Shown: positions 29,394-38,854 of the stretch, in pieces
How the letters are laid out: each line of letters begins with the position of its first letter
Numbering within the stretch: the stretch's first letter is position 1
NCBI GenBank assembly: GCA_036170915.1
Contig: JAVHQC010000035.1
Coordinates: forward strand, 64,001-128,000
DNA length: 64,000 nucleotides
Direction of reading: 5' to 3'
Origin: Cyanobacteria bacterium auto_48_18
GTDB lineage: Bacteria; Cyanobacteriota; Vampirovibrionia; Obscuribacterales; Obscuribacteraceae
The notes under the pieces: generated by a model
Database searches by the model: none
What the model saw: the letters and a program-made list of their open reading frames with translations, nothing else
What the model was told of the DNA's origin: nothing
Position numbers and translations under genes: made by a program

Positions 29394-32213
29394 GTGCCAA
29401 TTAGTGCCAAAGTCAGATTGAACATCCGTGCCAGAATGGTGATTCTGTGCCTCGCGGTGGCAACTCCTTTGTTGGCCATAGGCAGCTTTTCACTTTTCAA
29501 AGAGTATCAAACGCTCAAGCACGAAGCCGAAAATGCCACCACTCTGCAAGCGGCAACCGGAGTGCGCACTTTAACTAACTGGATTGACTCACAGCTTGGT
29601 TCTTTATCAGCTGTAGCGGCCTTGAGTGCCAAGAACTCGCCACTCAGCACTAGCAATAGCTCAAGTGGTCTGAACACAGACACCACACTCTCAACAGCAC
29701 TGGTGGCGCAACCATCGTGGAGCAAACTAATTTTGACGTCGCCTGACGGCAGCAAGGTGATCGCGCAAGCGTATCGCGATAGCAGAAACAGTGCTGCGGC
29801 TAGTCTCACTGACAGTCTTATCTTCAAACAGCTTCTGGCAACCACTCTAAAAAGCTCTAAGCCGGCCATGGCATCAGCCACAGTCTTTGACCAGATGGGC
29901 AAACCTTACATAGTTGCCTGCGCACCTGTGGTTCAGAACAATAAGGTGCAGGCACAACTGGTTGCCGCCATAGAACCAAGGGCCGTACTCAATTTGTTTA
30001 CTGGTCTATCAGGCGACTCGAGTAAAACCAGCGCCGTTATTGCCGTCATCGACTCACAAAAGCGCGTGATCGCCAGAACCATCGAGAATGATTTCTGGCT
30101 GGGCAAAGATTTCTCCCATGCCAAAACAGTTCAAGCTGCGGCCGGCAAGCAGAAAGGTACTCTCGAGGCCATTGGCATTGCCGATCCAACACCTCGCGCT
30201 TACGCTTTCGATCATGTGCCGGGTACAAACTGGCAGTTGACTGTAGGCATGCCCACAAGACTTATATATGGAACGGCTCATGACCAGCTGATTTTAATGG
30301 TGGCGCTAGCGGCGTGTGCCATCGGAATTTCTTTTGTACTGGCCTATTCAGCTACTTCACACTTCACTCGGGCTATTAATAGCCTGGTGCGAGAAGCGCT
30401 TGCCCTGGGCAAAGGCGACTTCTCCAAACGAGTCGAAGTCAAATCAAGTGATGAGCTTGGCATGCTCGCTCGAGCCTTCAACGAAATGGCTATTACCCTA
30501 GAACTTGACCGTGATCAAAAGAACATGGTTAATCGCATTTCTGAGTCGGTCAGGCAATCTTTAGATATGGACGAAATTCTAAACACCACCGTCAAAGAGT
30601 TAGGGCTCGCTCTCAATGCCAGCCGCTGCTGTCTGGCCTTGATTGACACCCACAACACCACAGAGCTCGAAGATGACGAGCTTTCTTTCGACTATGTCTG
30701 GTGGAATGAAAAATTCAGCGGCAACGCGCTAACCAATCGCAAAGTGCTAATTTCTGAAAACACCACCTTGCGTCACATTATCGATCAGGGCTCAATTATC
30801 TGGCTTGATGTATTGAGCGAGCAAGACTTCAACAACTTGATTGACGACAGCGGGGGTAGCGACGCTGCTGACTGGCGGTCAATTAAAACTCTGATTGCTT
30901 GTCCTATTCAAGCGGCCTCAGGTATCATCGGTTTGATTCTAGTACACCAGTGTGACGACGTTCGCGCCTGGTCACCGTCAGAGCTCGAACTTGTAGAAGC
31001 AGTGGCCAACCAGGTTTCATTGGCTATTGATCATGGCCGACTTTACAGCCACGCCAAAACTCTGGCCGAAAAAGAGCAGCTAATCAATCACATTGTTCGC
31101 TCGGTGCGTACCTCACTAGACGTTGACACCATCCTTGATACCGTTACCAGTGAACTGTCAAAAGCACTTGGTGCCGATCGTGTGCAGATTGCTCAGCCCC
31201 GGGCTGAAGGGCCACTGGTTGTCACTCACGAACACCATTCAGCAGAATTGGAAAGTCACAAAGGCTTGAGTCTGTACGGCAACAGCATCGATTTTCATCC
31301 TAACGCCACAATCAACAGTTTCGTCAGTGACACTGGTAACACGGTGCTCGGAATTGATTTAGCAGCAATTGCAGGCGACGGCAATCAATCAATTGCATCG
31401 CTTTCAGTAGTGCATCAAGTCGCCGGCGATCACGGCTGCCTGCCGTTCTCAGAATATCTTGCCACTATCGGTTCGCAGTCTTTGATTGCGGCACCGCTGC
31501 TCAATGAAAATCAACTGATGGGCGTTTTAATTGTGCATCAATGCAGCAGCTTGAGACAATGGTCAGAACACGAAATTCGTTTGGTTTCTGCCATTGCCGA
31601 CCAACTGGCCGTGGCCATTGCCCACGCTCAGCTCTTCGCACAAGTGAGACACCAGGCCATAACCGACGGGCTGACTGGTCTGTATAATCACGTTTATTTC
31701 AAAAATCGCCTCACTGAAGAACTGCGCACTGCTGAAAGAAAAGGCCAGCCAGTTTCACTGATTATGATCGATCTCGACAAACTCAAGGTTATCAACGACA
31801 CCCACGGACACCCGGTGGGAGATTCTGCCATCAGGCAAATCGGCGCTATTCTCAAGACACTCTTGCGCAGTGGCGACACTGCAGCGCGCTATGGTGGAGA
31901 AGAGTTTGGCATTATTCTGCCAGAAACATCACTTCTAGAAGCGGCCTTAATTGCCGACAGGTTGTGCAGCCAGATTCGCAATACTCATGTGCCTGGTCTA
32001 GGAAAAATTACCGCCTCTCTTGGTACTGCCTGCTATCCTAAGCAAGCACGCAATTCTTCTGAACTAATTGAAAAGGCTGACAAGGCGCTTTACGCAGCCA
32101 AAAACAGTGGCCGCGACCAGGTGCGCGTGTTTGAAGAAGATTTGCAAATAGGTGCATCGCCTACTTTTACAAACGTCACTCGTGAACAAGAGCGGTCAAA
32201 TCAAGAGTCGTGA
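29394..32213 (+). CDS. Diguanylate cyclase (Cache-HAMP-GAF-GAF-GGDEF)
   Basis: TDGLTGLYN, NDTHGHPVGD, RSGD I-site, RYGGEEF; two GAF domains. Confidence 0.93.
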   Translation: MPISAKVRLNIRARMVILCLAVATPLLAIGSFSLFKEYQTLKHEAENATTLQAATGVRTLTNWIDSQLGSLSAVAALSAKNSPLSTSNSSSGLNTDTTLSTALVAQPSWSKLILTSPDGSKVIAQAYRDSRNSAAASLTDSLIFKQLLATTLKSSKPAMASATVFDQMGKPYIVACAPVVQNNKVQAQLVAAIEPRAVLNLFTGLSGDSSKTSAVIAVIDSQKRVIARTIENDFWLGKDFSHAKTVQAAAGKQKGTLEAIGIADPTPRAYAFDHVPGTNWQLTVGMPTRLIYGTAHDQLILMVALAACAIGISFVLAYSATSHFTRAINSLVREALALGKGDFSKRVEVKSSDELGMLARAFNEMAITLELDRDQKNMVNRISESVRQSLDMDEILNTTVKELGLALNASRCCLALIDTHNTTELEDDELSFDYVWWNEKFSGNALTNRKVLISENTTLRHIIDQGSIIWLDVLSEQDFNNLIDDSGGSDAADWRSIKTLIACPIQAASGIIGLILVHQCDDVRAWSPSELELVEAVANQVSLAIDHGRLYSHAKTLAEKEQLINHIVRSVRTSLDVDTILDTVTSELSKALGADRVQIAQPRAEGPLVVTHEHHSAELESHKGLSLYGNSIDFHPNATINSFVSDTGNTVLGIDLAAIAGDGNQSIASLSVVHQVAGDHGCLPFSEYLATIGSQSLIAAPLLNENQLMGVLIVHQCSSLRQWSEHEIRLVSAIADQLAVAIAHAQLFAQVRHQAITDGLTGLYNHVYFKNRLTEELRTAERKGQPVSLIMIDLDKLKVINDTHGHPVGDSAIRQIGAILKTLLRSGDTAARYGGEEFGIILPETSLLEAALIADRLCSQIRNTHVPGLGKITASLGTACYPKQARNSSELIEKADKALYAAKNSGRDQVRVFEEDLQIGASPTFTNVTREQERSNQES

Positions 32214-32908
32214 CAGTGAAAAAAAGACTGGTGCTCTTCGATATTGACGAAACAATGATTTCTTCAGATGGTGCTGGCAGAAGAGCTCTGGCGCGCGCTT
32301 TACGTGAACAACATGAAATACCTGAAGAGCATACCCGCATTTCAATGTCCGGAAAAACCGATCCACAAATTCTCATGGAAATTTTTACGGCATATGGTTA
32401 TGACAAAGCCAAAGCGCTTTCGCATATTGATGACCTGATTGCCTGCTATCTCACCTATCTTGAAGACGAGATGCGGGCTTCGCAGACACTTATTTTGCAT
32501 AAAGGCGTGGTGGCGATTTTAGAGCGGCTGGCGGCAGACGAAAATAGCTACCTGGGTTTATTGACCGGCAACGTAGAAACCGGCGCCCGCAAAAAACTCG
32601 ATTTTTTCAATCTCAACGGTTATTTTCCAATTGGCGCTTATGGCTCAGACTCAGCCAATCGTCTAGATTTACCGCAATTTGCCGTGGGCCGAGCACAAAA
32701 GCATTTTGAAACCGAATTTGCGCCACCGCATGTGGTGATAGTAGGTGACAGTGTCAACGATATTGCTTGTGCGCATGGTTATGGTGCCAGCGTAATCGCC
32801 GTCAATACAGGCAAAACTTCATGGCAAGAACTTGCTGATTGCAAACCGCAGCATCTTTTTCAAGATCTAGCTGACACCGAAGCTGTTTACCAGGCAATAT
32901 TCAACTAA
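32210..32908 (+). CDS. HAD family hydrolase
   Basis: LFDIDET, LLTGN, VGDSVND. Confidence 0.9.
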   Translation: MTVKKRLVLFDIDETMISSDGAGRRALARALREQHEIPEEHTRISMSGKTDPQILMEIFTAYGYDKAKALSHIDDLIACYLTYLEDEMRASQTLILHKGVVAILERLAADENSYLGLLTGNVETGARKKLDFFNLNGYFPIGAYGSDSANRLDLPQFAVGRAQKHFETEFAPPHVVIVGDSVNDIACAHGYGASVIAVNTGKTSWQELADCKPQHLFQDLADTEAVYQAIFN

Positions 32909-33381
32909 TTTCGGCGGCTGACGATATATTTTAAAATTGCTGCCCGCTGGTGCTGATTGAGCGTTGCGTCCCAGTGCAGCGCTTTATAACGAATGGGGGG
33001 CATACTGCCCTCTTCCACTACCGTAGAAATTTTGGCCAGATCAATATTTGAAATTAGCTCTTTTCCTGAAACCTGATCATGAGTCAATTTAAAAGACTTT
33101 TGTCCTTCCAGCATGTCGCGCGCAATGGTATCGCGAGCGATAGGAAAAGAGGCATAGTAAGGGTGAGCGATCAAGTCGGGACTTACACTATGACAGTCAA
33201 CACAACTGCTCTGTAGTATTTTTGCCACCGGCGCAAAGTCTGGGTTATTGCTCACATCGGCAACGGTCTTACGCACCACAAAAAAATTAGACAGTGGAAA
33301 AGCCAGACCAACGGCAAAAACCACAAACAGCACAATGAATGGTAAAAGCCGATTGAGAGAGCTGCCTCTTGTGCTGCGCAT
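32905..33381 (-). CDS. Membrane-anchored c-type heme-binding domain protein (Haem_bd-like)
   Basis: TM anchor, CVDCHS, MPPIRY..LH. Confidence 0.85.
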   Translation of the reverse strand: MRSTRGSSLNRLLPFIVLFVVFAVGLAFPLSNFFVVRKTVADVSNNPDFAPVAKILQSSCVDCHSVSPDLIAHPYYASFPIARDTIARDMLEGQKSFKLTHDQVSGKELISNIDLAKISTVVEEGSMPPIRYKALHWDATLNQHQRAAILKYIVSRRN

Positions 33382-33461
33382 CGGTGAAAATCCTTATGAG
33401 ACTTTAGACAATATAGCTCATAGAAATAACTATAATTGTTCAGAACATCATAAAAGAGGAA

Positions 33462-34037
33462 TTGGTCTTGTCAGGCGAAAGAAGACCGCGCGGAAATAGA
33501 AGAACAATCAAGGCATACATCGGCCTTGGTTCTAATGAAGGTGACCGACTGGGCTACGTGCAACAGGCGATGCAACTTTTGAAAGACGTTAACGGCATTA
33601 AGGTGACTGAATGCTCAAGCCTCTACGAAACCGAACCCGTGGGAGATTTGTACACTGAATGGTTCGTCAACGCCGTTGTCGCTATCGAAACCAGCTTGAC
33701 GGCAGAAGATCTGTTCGATGTATGTCGTGATATCGAAAAAAGATTGACCGAAATGCATCGCCACAATTCCACAGCGCGAACTCGCGAGCGCATAATCGAT
33801 CTCGACATTCTATTTTATGGCGACAGCGTGATCGAGAGCGCCGGCGGCCTACGCTTACCGCATCCAAAAATACATTTGCGCTCTTTTGCCCTGGTACCGC
33901 TGCTTGAAATCGCACCAGACATTCGTCATCCTGGTTTCGACAAGAGCGTGGCACAACTGCATGAAGAACTGGCCGAACCAGAGCAGGTTTTCCTGTTTGG
34001 CACTCGAGCGGCAGAATCAAGCGAACTAGATCGATAG
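33462..34037 (+). CDS. folK: 6-hydroxymethyl-7,8-dihydropterin pyrophosphokinase
   Basis: AYIGLGSN, SSLYETEP, RIIDLDIL, LPHP..R.F.LVPL. Confidence 0.96.
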   Translation: MVLSGERRPRGNRRTIKAYIGLGSNEGDRLGYVQQAMQLLKDVNGIKVTECSSLYETEPVGDLYTEWFVNAVVAIETSLTAEDLFDVCRDIEKRLTEMHRHNSTARTRERIIDLDILFYGDSVIESAGGLRLPHPKIHLRSFALVPLLEIAPDIRHPGFDKSVAQLHEELAEPEQVFLFGTRAAESSELDR

Positions 34038-34039
34038 CA

Positions 34040-34420
34040 ATGAATTTTAAAATCGGCTCCGACATTTGTTCAATCAAAAGAGTAGAAGACGTATACACGC
34101 GTTTCGGTGAGCGTTTTCTCGACCGAATTCTAACCAGCGGCGAAAAAGCGTATGTGATGTCGCGGCCCAAAGATTTTTTGTCCAGAGTAGCTGCGCGCTT
34201 CGCTGCTAAAGAAGCCACGTCTAAGGCCTTGGGCACGGGCTTTATTGGCGTTGGCTGGAAAGAAATCGAAGTTGTACGCTTGCCTTCAGGTGCGCCGACC
34301 ATAAAATTACACGGTCGCGCACAGGCTGTGGCCGCACAGCGCGGTCTGACAACTTTTGAATTGACTATGAGCCACGAGCAAGAATATGCCATTGCCTTTG
34401 TTCTGGCAGTGGGAAATTAG
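34040..34420 (+). CDS. acpS: Holo-ACP synthase
   Basis: IGSDI, RFAAKEA.SKALGTG, SGAP, MSHE. Confidence 0.96.
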   Translation: MNFKIGSDICSIKRVEDVYTRFGERFLDRILTSGEKAYVMSRPKDFLSRVAARFAAKEATSKALGTGFIGVGWKEIEVVRLPSGAPTIKLHGRAQAVAAQRGLTTFELTMSHEQEYAIAFVLAVGN

Positions 34421-34431
34421 CTCAAATTTTG

Positions 34432-34851
34432 CTATTTGCCAATTTCAGGACCTGGCTGCCCTACGGGCCTGCCGATAGCCATAGCGATCATCAAACACTG
34501 GTCGACTTTCTCCATCACTTCTTGAGGGAAGGCGCCAATTTTGCTCACCATTAGTGTTTTGGGAATAGTCGCGATAACGGTGCAATCAATGACGCTGTCT
34601 AATCGTAGACCCGCCGCTTTGCCTTCAGGAGTATCCATCAAAACTTCTACTTGTGTGGGTTCACGAGCAGCTCTTGTGGTATTGCTGGTTAAAGGCACCA
34701 GCAGCACGTCGTCGAGACGTGCGTTGTTGTAGTCATTAGAAATCAGTACGGCAGGTCGGCGTTTTGTCTGAGTCGATCCGTCATCAGTTGTGTACGGAAA
34801 GGACACTAGGACGACGTCACCTTTCCTGTACGTTGTCGGCTTCGAAGTCAT
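34432..34851 (-). CDS. PemK/MazF family toxin (endoribonuclease-like)
   Basis: GDVVLVSFPY, KRRPAVLIS, VPLTS, GLRLDS, KIG. Confidence 0.9.
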   Translation of the reverse strand: MTSKPTTYRKGDVVLVSFPYTTDDGSTQTKRRPAVLISNDYNNARLDDVLLVPLTSNTTRAAREPTQVEVLMDTPEGKAAGLRLDSVIDCTVIATIPKTLMVSKIGAFPQEVMEKVDQCLMIAMAIGRPVGQPGPEIGK

Positions 34852-34976
34852 TGGCTAGTCGGAAGAGACCGTTAAATGGTAAGTCCGTTAAAAAAACGGC
34901 TGCCCAGGTACACCTGGTCAGCTTGTAATTGTAGCAAGTTTGAAAACTTTTGAGGCGGCCTATAAAAACACAGCAC

Positions 34977-34998
34977 AAAAGGGCTCTTTCGAGCCCTT
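34977..34998 (-). terminator. Terminator after the 74-aa ORF
   Basis: Minus strand AAGGGCTC-GAAA-GAGCCCTTTT (GNRA loop). Confidence 0.75.
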
Positions 34999-35028
34999 GG
35001 TCAACCAGACCGGGGGATTAGCCTTTAG

Positions 35029-35253
35029 TTAGGCGTAACCATGACCATATACGGCATCGGTTTCATGATCTTCACGACAAAGGATGGCAGATGATGCCTG
35101 AGCGATACCTCTGACGGTCTCCTCACGAGCTGCCGGCATATAGGACATGGCCAAATCTTTGAAGCCGTGTCTTATTTCCCAGAAGTTCGGAGCGCCTTCA
35201 AAGACACTCTTTTCCGATTTATCGTTGTCATTTCCGAAGAAGTCGTTATCCAC
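35029..35253 (-). CDS. Small acidic hypothetical protein (74 aa)
   Basis: GGAGAGG SD before GTG, TATAAT at 35293-35298 (minus), terminator downstream. Confidence 0.65.
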   Translation of the reverse strand: MDNDFFGNDNDKSEKSVFEGAPNFWEIRHGFKDLAMSYMPAAREETVRGIAQASSAILCREDHETDAVYGHGYA

Positions 35254-35490
35254 TAATTTCCCTCTCCATTTGGAGATGAGTTACTTGACGCAATTATAAC
35301 CGGCTTTCAAGAGATAAGTCCAGCAGAATTAATCTACCAAACCACACTTTTGATTACTTCGATCTTTATCAGTCCACAGTTGTACTTACCCAGAATCGAA
35401 GATCAAATAGACCCTCTCCGGGTAAATTTAATATAGCGCTTGGCGAGCCACCTGCCAATGGTGGTTTTACGATGTAAAGCGGACAGGCTG

Positions 35491-35895
35491 CTATTCTCGG
35501 TCAGGGAATTGCTTGCGTAAAAACTCAATAGTGCGCACTGTAGCCCCACCTGGCACGAAGACTTCAGCTATACCCTGGCTCAAAAGCGAATCGCGGTCTT
35601 CATCAGGCATGACGCCGCCGCCGAACACGAGAATATCGTCTACGCCTTGCTCTTTGAGCAATTTGACCACCTTAGGCAACAAAGTGAGGTGGGCCCCAGA
35701 CAGGATGGAAAGGCCAATGGCATCAACGTCTTCTTGAATTGCCGTTTCCACGATTTCTTCAGGAGAACGGTGCAAGCCAGTGTATACAACTTCCATACCA
35801 GCATCGCGCAGAGCCCTGGCAATCACTTTGGCCCCACGATCGTGGCCATCCAGCCCAGGTTTGCCAATTAGAACGCGAATTTTGCCCTTAGTCAT
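35491..35895 (-). CDS. Methylmalonyl-CoA mutase C-terminal cobalamin-binding subunit
   Basis: KPGLDGHDRG, SILSGAH, GG motif. Confidence 0.93.
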   Translation of the reverse strand: MTKGKIRVLIGKPGLDGHDRGAKVIARALRDAGMEVVYTGLHRSPEEIVETAIQEDVDAIGLSILSGAHLTLLPKVVKLLKEQGVDDILVFGGGVMPDEDRDSLLSQGIAEVFVPGGATVRTIEFLRKQFPDRE

Positions 35896-35964
35896 GGTGC
35901 CTCACATCTATATAGATACATAGTTTAGACCAGTCACTACCAGCGGCCCAGTCTTTTTGAAAAC

Positions 35965-36450
35965 CTACGGCGTGCCGGAAGGCAGTTTGGGAGCCACGAG
36001 CGACAAAAGTTCTTCAAAATTTGGAATATCGCGCCTGTTAATCAAATAAAAACCTCTTTTCGTCCTCAGCACCGCCCAGACCAGAAATTTTGGCAACTTC
36101 AAACTAACAATGTCTTCGTCGGCAATGGTGTGACGACCGAACAGAGTTTCAATAATCAAGCTGCCTTTGGCAACGATTACGCCATTTACTTCAAAAAGCA
36201 GGGAAGGCAACATCACCAGATCAAGGCCAAAAATGAAGACCAGCAAGAAAACTTCGGCGCCAAAGTCGACGGCCAATTTGTGCTGCGCGCGCTCTATCAT
36301 GCTCATCGGCATAGATATATTGAGACCAAGCAGAATCAGCAAGTAAAAATATCGCACCAGGCTTTTGCGCGCCTTACGCCTGAAGCTGGGCAAGTCTTCG
36401 GTTGCAAGCACAGTTTTCTCGGATTTTGCGGGTTTCTTAGTGTTCGCCAT
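35965..36450 (-). CDS. Hypothetical 2-TM membrane protein with small beta C-terminal domain
   Basis: Two hydrophobic helices; ATG 36450 chosen because TATAAT lies just upstream. Confidence 0.65.
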   Translation of the reverse strand: MANTKKPAKSEKTVLATEDLPSFRRKARKSLVRYFYLLILLGLNISMPMSMIERAQHKLAVDFGAEVFLLVFIFGLDLVMLPSLLFEVNGVIVAKGSLIIETLFGRHTIADEDIVSLKLPKFLVWAVLRTKRGFYLINRRDIPNFEELLSLVAPKLPSGTP

Positions 36451-36547
36451 GGGCTCGATATTATACTTCTCCAACCTGAGCAAATGAACTATCGGCAAAG
36501 CGACAATTGGAGCTAATCTTTAGTGTTTGGACCCATAAGAGTAAATC

Positions 36548-38185
36548 ATGAAGCTAGCCGATTATATTTTCCAGCGCATTGAAAAGACCGGAGTGCAGCA
36601 TACTTTTGGCATTCCTGGCGATTTCGTTTTACCACTTTATGCAGCCCAGACCCGCACCAGCCTTAAGACTGTTGTGCTCACCCATGAGCCCTCGGTAGGA
36701 TATGCAGCCGACGCCTACGCACGTCTGCGGGGCCTCGGTGTAGCGCTGGTCACTTATGGTGCCGGCGGACTGAATATGGTCAATCCGGTGGGCCTGGCTT
36801 ACGCTGAAGAATCACCACTGCTGGTGATCAGTGGCGCGCCAGAAACAAGATTTCGTCAAGACAAACCTCATTTGCACCACTGCGTCAAAAGTTTCGATAC
36901 TCAACACCGCGTCTACGCCGAAGTGACTGAATCAGACGCTTTGATTGACAATATCAAAACTGCTCAAAGCGAAATCGACCGAGTCTTTGATACCACCCTA
37001 TCTGCCTCAAGACCAGGATATTTAGAGCTGCCACGCGACATGGTTAACCAGGAACTGGTTATTGAACCAGCAAAATTACCAGAGCTGCAGCCAGTACATC
37101 CAGCCCTGGCCGCGGCCGTCAGCGAAATTGCCATGCGCTTAAAAGCAGCAGTTCAACCGGTTTTAATTGTTGGGGTGGAAGTGCGACGCTTTGGTCTCAA
37201 AGACGCGGTGATCGCCTTTTCAGAAGCATTAAATATACCTGTGGTGACTTCAATTTTAGGCAAAGCAACTTTCCCTGAAACGCATCCAAATTTTATCGGC
37301 AATTATTTTGGCCAGTTTGGTAATCCTAAAGTCAAAGAGTTTGTCGAAAGCTCTGATTGCATTATCGCACTAGGGGCGGTGATGACTGAGATGGAGAGTG
37401 GTGGCTATACAGCCAAACTAAAAGCTGAGTGCCTGACTCAAATAAACAATCACGAAGTAAAAATCGGCTATCACAATTATGGCAATCTTAAGCTCGATCA
37501 AGTCTTGAAAGAACTGCTCGATTCAGTCACTTCAAAATTGACGCCAACAAAAAGATTCACGGTGCCATCCATTGCGAGAGAAGTGATTGAAGCACCTGAA
37601 GGAAGTAAAAAACTGACAGTGGCAGCCATGATCGGTGCTCTCAACGAAGTTTTAAAAGACAGCCAGGAATTTTCTGTAGTCACCGATACTGGTGACTGCA
37701 TGTATGCCGGAATGAGTTTGCAAACCGATATTTTTCTGGCGCCTGGTTACTATGTCAGCATGGGATTCGGTGTACCTGCAGCCATCGGCGCTCAGCTTGC
37801 TATGCCTAGTCGCCGGCCCATAGTGCTTGTTGGTGACGGTGCTTTTCAGATGACAGGAATGGAAATTAGCACAGCCGTCAAAATGGGGCTCAGTCCAATT
37901 GTAATTGTTTTCAATAACGCCAGCTATGCCATGCTGCGTTTCATCGATCAAGAGCGCGACTATTTTGATTTGCCGCGCTGGGATTATGTCGAGCTGGCAA
38001 AGGCAGTGGGCGGAAATGGCGTGCAGGCCTCTTCGGCAGCTGACTTCAAAAAAGCTCTGGCAGTGGCGCAAAAAAGCGACAAGATGTTTTTGATTGACGC
38101 TGTGATTGAAAACGACGACATTTCACCGACACTGCGGCGACTGACTGATCACTTTGGCAAGAAAGTCAAAGCGGCAATTTCTTAA
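36548..38185 (+). CDS. TPP-dependent 2-keto-acid decarboxylase (indolepyruvate/phenylpyruvate decarboxylase family)
   Basis: FGIPGDF, HE..GYAADAYAR, LHH, GDGAFQMTG..NN. Confidence 0.9.
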   Translation: MKLADYIFQRIEKTGVQHTFGIPGDFVLPLYAAQTRTSLKTVVLTHEPSVGYAADAYARLRGLGVALVTYGAGGLNMVNPVGLAYAEESPLLVISGAPETRFRQDKPHLHHCVKSFDTQHRVYAEVTESDALIDNIKTAQSEIDRVFDTTLSASRPGYLELPRDMVNQELVIEPAKLPELQPVHPALAAAVSEIAMRLKAAVQPVLIVGVEVRRFGLKDAVIAFSEALNIPVVTSILGKATFPETHPNFIGNYFGQFGNPKVKEFVESSDCIIALGAVMTEMESGGYTAKLKAECLTQINNHEVKIGYHNYGNLKLDQVLKELLDSVTSKLTPTKRFTVPSIAREVIEAPEGSKKLTVAAMIGALNEVLKDSQEFSVVTDTGDCMYAGMSLQTDIFLAPGYYVSMGFGVPAAIGAQLAMPSRRPIVLVGDGAFQMTGMEISTAVKMGLSPIVIVFNNASYAMLRFIDQERDYFDLPRWDYVELAKAVGGNGVQASSAADFKKALAVAQKSDKMFLIDAVIENDDISPTLRRLTDHFGKKVKAAIS

Positions 38186-38196
38186 GAGAATAATTT

Positions 38197-38706
38197 ATGC
38201 CTAAAAATAAGTTTGCCATTTTGACCATATCAGCCCTCATGGCTAATAGCTGCTGCATCGCTCATGCTCAAGAGCTAGTTGAAGACGACACAATCAACAT
38301 CAACGATTATCGTATTCAATCAACTGCTATAGCCGAGAAAATTGACATGCCTGAACAAAAAAGCAAAGCCACAAGCAAAGGTAAATCTCTACTTGCAGCA
38401 CCAAGAGTGGTGGGTGGAATAATTTCAGGAATTACCGTAGGCGTTCCGGTGCGTATAGCTCATGATGTCTCTTTTGAGACTAAGCGTATGCGTAATCAAA
38501 TTACCGATGACATGGATGGTTCAGCTAGACCCGACTTTCTTGCCCGCACTATCGGCACCTGCACCGGTGTCGCCTATGGGCTCGTGAGCGGAGTGATCAA
38601 GGGTTCAATCAAAGGAACTGAACGAGGGCTCGAGTGCGGAGCCCGCAAACCCTTTTCGCAAGAATCAATGAGTCTAAAGGACACTGAGCTCAAGGCTGAG
38701 CCTTAA
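38197..38706 (+). CDS. Hypothetical exported protein with Gly-rich hydrophobic helices
   Basis: Signal peptide (AHA-Q); glycine-zipper-like segments. Confidence 0.7.
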   Translation: MPKNKFAILTISALMANSCCIAHAQELVEDDTININDYRIQSTAIAEKIDMPEQKSKATSKGKSLLAAPRVVGGIISGITVGVPVRIAHDVSFETKRMRNQITDDMDGSARPDFLARTIGTCTGVAYGLVSGVIKGSIKGTERGLECGARKPFSQESMSLKDTELKAEP

Positions 38707-38854
38707 GTTTGCAATTTCAGTTTTCATTTGGCAAAGCCGGAAAAATCGACTAACATAGACCCCTTGGCAACCGCGCGGCTTTTTCGGCGATAAAAAAGGC
38801 GCCCTAATGGGTATGAAACAGACGTGCTGGCCAAAATGCGTTTGAGGGAATCTC

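Noticed and set aside
35254..35964. Cobalamin riboswitch near the B12-binding gene
   Set aside because: No B12-box or GGGAA core arrangement found in the flanking intergenic regions.
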